Source of the DNA: Macrostomum lignano
Taxonomy: Eukaryota
Direction: 5' to 3'
NCBI GenBank assembly: GCA_002269645.1
Contig: NIVC01001347.1
Location: forward strand, 143,128 to 207,127
Length of the DNA: 64,000 nt
Shown: one piece after another, positions 60,176-64,000 of the stretch
Numbering within the stretch: position 1 is the stretch's first letter
Layout of the letters: each line of letters opens with the position of its first letter
Translations under genes and position numbers: made by a program
Notes under the pieces: generated by a model
What the model saw: the letters and a program-made list of their open reading frames with translations, nothing else
The model's database searches: none
Told to the model about the DNA's origin: nothing

Positions 60176-62512
60176 ATGAGCAGCCTAGCAGTTCTAGCAG
60201 CTCTAGTGGAGCTGGCAGTGAAAGCGGCGGCCACGCTGCTGTTTCTACTCGCTGCCGTGCGAGTCTGGTATGACGGCCCGCTGGCCTTCCTGCTGGACAC
60301 CCTGCGACGGGTGCCCGCTGTGCGGAGGGCCATCACGGCCAGCCTGCGGCACCAGGCCGGTCGCGTCATCGCCGACGATCTGAAAATCAGCGCCGGCTCA
60401 CCGCCGGTGGCAATTCCGGACAAGGGCGAGGGGGGCGCCCCGATGAGCGGCCTGGGGAGTTTTCCTCCCCAGCTCTGTGTTCCCTTCATACTCAAGGGAG
60501 ATCGTACTCTCTTCCCCTCTCTTCTCCTCTCCTCTCCTCTCCTCTCCTCTCCTTTCCTCTACTATCCTATCCTCTCCTCTCCTCTCCTTTCCTCTACTAT
60601 CCTATCCTCTCTTCTCCTCTCCTCTCCTCTCCTCTCCTTTCCTCTACTATCCTATCCTCTCCTCTCCTCTCCTCTCCTCTCCTCTCCTCTCCTTCCTCTC
60701 CTCTCCTCTCCTCTCTTCTCCTCTCCTCTCCTCTCTTCTCCTTTCCTCTACTATCCTATCCTCTCTCTCTCTCCTCTCCTCTCCTCTCCTCTCCTCTCCT
60801 CTCCTCTCCTCTCTCTCCTCTCCTCTCCTCTCCTCTCCTCTCCTCTCCTCTCCTCTCCTCTCCTCTCCTCTCCTCTCTTCTCCTCTCCTCTCCTCTCCTC
60901 TCCTCTCCTCTCCTCTCCTCTCCTTTCCTCTACTATCCTATCCTCTCCGCTCCTCTCCTCTCCTCTCCTCTCCTCTCCTCTCCTCTCCTCTCCTCTCCTC
61001 TCCTCTCCTCTCCTCTCCTCTCCTTCTCTCCTCTCCTCTCCTCTCCTCTCCTCTCCTCTCCTCTCCTCTCCTCTCCTCCTCTTCCTCTCTTCTCCTCTCC
61101 TCTCCTCTCTTCTCCTTTCCTCTACTATCCTCTCCTCTCCTCTCCTCTCCTCTCCCTCCTCCTCTCCTCTCCTCTCCTCTCCTCTCTTCTCCTCTCCTCT
61201 CTTCTCCTCTCCTCTCCCTCCTCTCCTCTCCTCTCCTCTCCTCCCTCCTCTCCTCTCCTCTCCTCTCCTCTCCTCTCCTCTCCTCTCCTCTCCTCTCTTC
61301 TCCTTTCCTCTCCTCTCCTATCCTCTCCTCTCCTCTCCTCCTCTCCTTCCTCTCTCTCCTCTCCTCTCCTCTCTTCTCCTCTCCTCTCTTCTCCTCTCCT
61401 CTCCTCTCTCTCTCCTCTCCTCTCTTCTCCTCTCCTCTCCTCTCCTCTCCTCTCCTCTCCTCTCCTCTCTTCCTCCTTTCCTCTCTCTCTCTCCTCTCCT
61501 CTCCTCTCCTCCTCACTCCTCTCCTCTCCTCTCCTCCTCTCCTCTCCTCTCTTCTCCTATCTCTCCTCTCCTCTCCTCTCCTCTCCTTTCCTCTCCTCTC
61601 TTCTCCTCTCCTCTCCTCTCCTCTCCTCTCCTCTCCTCTCCTCTCCTCTCCTCTCTTCTCCTCTCCTCTCCTCTCCTCTCCTCTCCTCTCCTCTCCTCTC
61701 CTCTCCTCTCCTCTCCTCTCCTCTCCTCTCCTCTCCTCTCCTCTCCTTTCCTCTCCTCTCCTTTCCTCTCCTCTCTTCTCCTTTCTTCTACTATCCTATC
61801 CTCTCCTCTCCTCTCTCTCCTCTCCTCTCCTTTCCTCTCCTCTCTTCTCCTCTCCTCTCCTCTCCTTTCCTCTCCTCTCCTCTCCTCTCCTCTCCTCTCC
61901 TCTCCTCTCTCTCTCCTCTCCTCTCTTCTCCTCTCCTCCTCTCCTCTCCCTTCTCTCTCCTCTCCTCTCCTTCTCTCTCCTCTCCTCTCCTTCTCTCTCC
62001 TCTCTCTCTCCTCTCCTCTTCGCTTCTTTCCTCTCTACCCTAACCAACCCTATGCAACATCCCCTCACACCAGGCGAAGACCCGCAGCAGCTTCTCGAAC
62101 AGATTGAGACGCTTCGCACGCACAAAACGCGACCAGATGTTTGCCTACGTGTATTCGGAAGCCGCAGAGGTCCTTGCCACGCTCTGGCCAAAGCGCAAGA
62201 GCGGGCGGCGCTTGATTTCGTTTCTAACGACGCTTCGGAGCTCGTGGAGGCTTGTCAGCCGAGCAGCGCCACCTGGTGGCCGAGTACATGCGGGCGTTTA
62301 TGCACGAGAATGCGCTCAATCCGACCTTGTTCGCCGCGCTGCGCCGATTCGAAGTCGAACTCGTCCAGATGACCGCCGCCATGCTGAACGCTGGTCCGGC
62401 CGCTCGGGGTAACGTCACCTCGGGCGGCACCGAGAGCGTCCTGATGGCCGTAAAGACCTACAGGGATCTCGCCAGGGCGCGGAAGCCCGGCAGTGGTGGC
62501 ACGCCAAATATT
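60176..62512 (+). CDS. SGPL1: Sphingosine-1-phosphate lyase (PLP-dependent group II decarboxylase family), exons 60176-60425 and 62074-62512; frameshifted as given; continues beyond the window
   Basis: N-terminal TM anchor, then ...PVAIPDKG|EDPQQLLEQIETLR, MFAYVYSE, and FMHENALNPTLFAALRRFEVELVQMTAAMLNAGPAARGNVTSGGTESVLMAVKTYRD (SPL signature). The motifs are spread over three frames. A GTGAG donor follows at 62513. Confidence 0.88.
60520..62020. repeat. (CTCCT)n microsatellite filling SGPL1 intron 1
   Basis: About 1.5 kb of pyrimidine pentamer repeats. Confidence 0.97.
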
Positions 62513-62559
62513 GTGAGCAATTTTTGTGGGGATGGAGAAGTTATAACCCGCACTGCCTA

Positions 62560-63960
62560 TGTCCAACACTGTCTATTAGCCACACTGTCTATGAGCCACA
62601 CTGTCTATGACCCACACAATCTATGACCAACAATGTCTATGACCCACACTATGACCCACACTGTCTATGACCCACACTGTCTATGACCCACACTGTCTAT
62701 GACCCACACTGTCTATGACCCACACTGTCTATGACCCACACTGTCTATGACCCACACTGTCTATGACCCACACTGTCTATGACCAACACTGCCTATGCCA
62801 ACACTGTCTATGACCCACACTATGACCCACACTGTCTATGACCAACACTGTCTATGACCCACACTGTCTATGACCCACACTGTTTATGACCCACACTGTC
62901 TATGACCAACACTGTCTATGACCCACACTGTCTATGACCAACATTGTCTATGACTTACAATTTCTGACCAACACTGTCTATGACCCACACTGTCTATGAC
63001 CCACACATTCTATGACCAACAATGTCTATGACCCACACTATGACCCACACTGTCTATGACCCGCACTGTCTATGACCCACACTGTCTATGACCCACACTG
63101 TCTATGACCAACACTGTCTATGACCCACACTGTCTATGACCAACATTGTCTATGACTTACAATTTCTGACCAACACTGTCTATGACCCACACTGTCTATG
63201 ACCCACACATTCTATGACCAACAATGTCTATGACCCACACTATGACCCACACTGTCTATGACCCGCACTGTCTATGACCCACACTGTCTATGACCCACAC
63301 TGTCTATGACCAACACTGTCTATGACCCACACTGTCTATGACCAACATGTCTATGACTTACAATTTCTGACCAACACTGTCTATGACCCACACTGTCTAT
63401 GACCCACACATTCTATGACCAACAATGTCTATGATCCACACTATGACCCACACTGTCTATGACCCGCACTGTCTATGACCCACACTGTCTATGACCCACA
63501 CTGTCTATGACCCACACAATTCTATGACCAACACTGTCTATAACCCACACTGTCTATGACCCACACTGTCTATGACCCACACTGTCTCTGACCCACACTG
63601 TCTATGACCCACACTGACATGACCCACACAATCTATGACCCACACTGTCCATGGCCAACAATGTCTATGACCCACACTGTCTATGACCCACACTGTATCT
63701 GACCCACACTGTCTATGACCCACACTGACATGACCCACACAATCTATGACCCACACTGTCCATGGCCAACAATGTCTATGACCCACAATGTCTATGACCC
63801 ACACTGGCTATACCCACACTGTCTATGACCCACACTGTCTATGACCCACACTGTCTATGACCCACACTGTCTATGACCCACACTGTCTCTGACCCACACT
63901 GTCTCTGACCCACACAGTAATATGACCAACAATGTCTATGACCCACACTGTCTATGACCC
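62560..63960. repeat. 16-bp minisatellite (CTGTCTATGACCCACA) in SGPL1 intron 2
   Basis: More than 80 copies with internal block duplications. Confidence 0.97.
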
Positions 63961-64000
63961 ACACAGATTATAACCCAAGCCGTCTACCTTTGTCTACCTT

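Noticed and set aside
60477-62372. 631-643 aa Ser/Pro/Leu-rich ORFs
   Set aside because: They are translations of the intronic (CTCCT)n tract; only the flanking parts are real SGPL1 exons.
1-64000. rRNA, tRNA, snRNA, spliced-leader RNA genes, telomeric repeats and retrotransposon RT/integrase ORFs
   Set aside because: None were recognised by eye; Infernal, tRNAscan-SE and RepeatMasker runs would be needed to exclude degenerate copies.

Overview
Repeat-rich eukaryotic (animal) genomic DNA with spliceosomal introns. The style (GC-rich exons, Ala-rich bHLH protein, minisatellite-filled introns) suggests a flatworm such as Macrostomum, but that is inference only. Left to right: (1) an uninterrupted minus-strand ORF of at least 627 codons (1883 to the window edge), absent from the ORF track, encoding a C2H2 + HTH + DDE_Tnp_4-type transposase with a SWIM-like tail; (2) directly upstream of it, a ~23-copy 161-bp satellite with 6-unit higher-order periodicity, a canonical G-quadruplex motif in every full unit, and a candidate transposon end at ~5853; (3) an intronless, divergent class A GPCR; (4) the first three exons of a diacylglycerol lipase gene whose catalytic exons I could not find; (5) AT-rich DNA with nested MITE-like elements; (6) MRPS31 followed by a non-autonomous hAT element with a perfect 8-bp TSD; (7) two near-identical achaete-scute bHLH genes in a ~1.04-kb inverted duplication around a 10.4-kb repeat-rich spacer; (8) a spliced EF-hand-like gene of unknown family; (9) the 5' part of a sphingosine-1-phosphate lyase gene with a probable GC-AG intron and three apparent frameshifts. 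More than 20 distinct minisatellites or microsatellites account for most of the long ORFs in the supplied track, which I treat as non-coding. All translations and alignments were done by eye; no database search was run.
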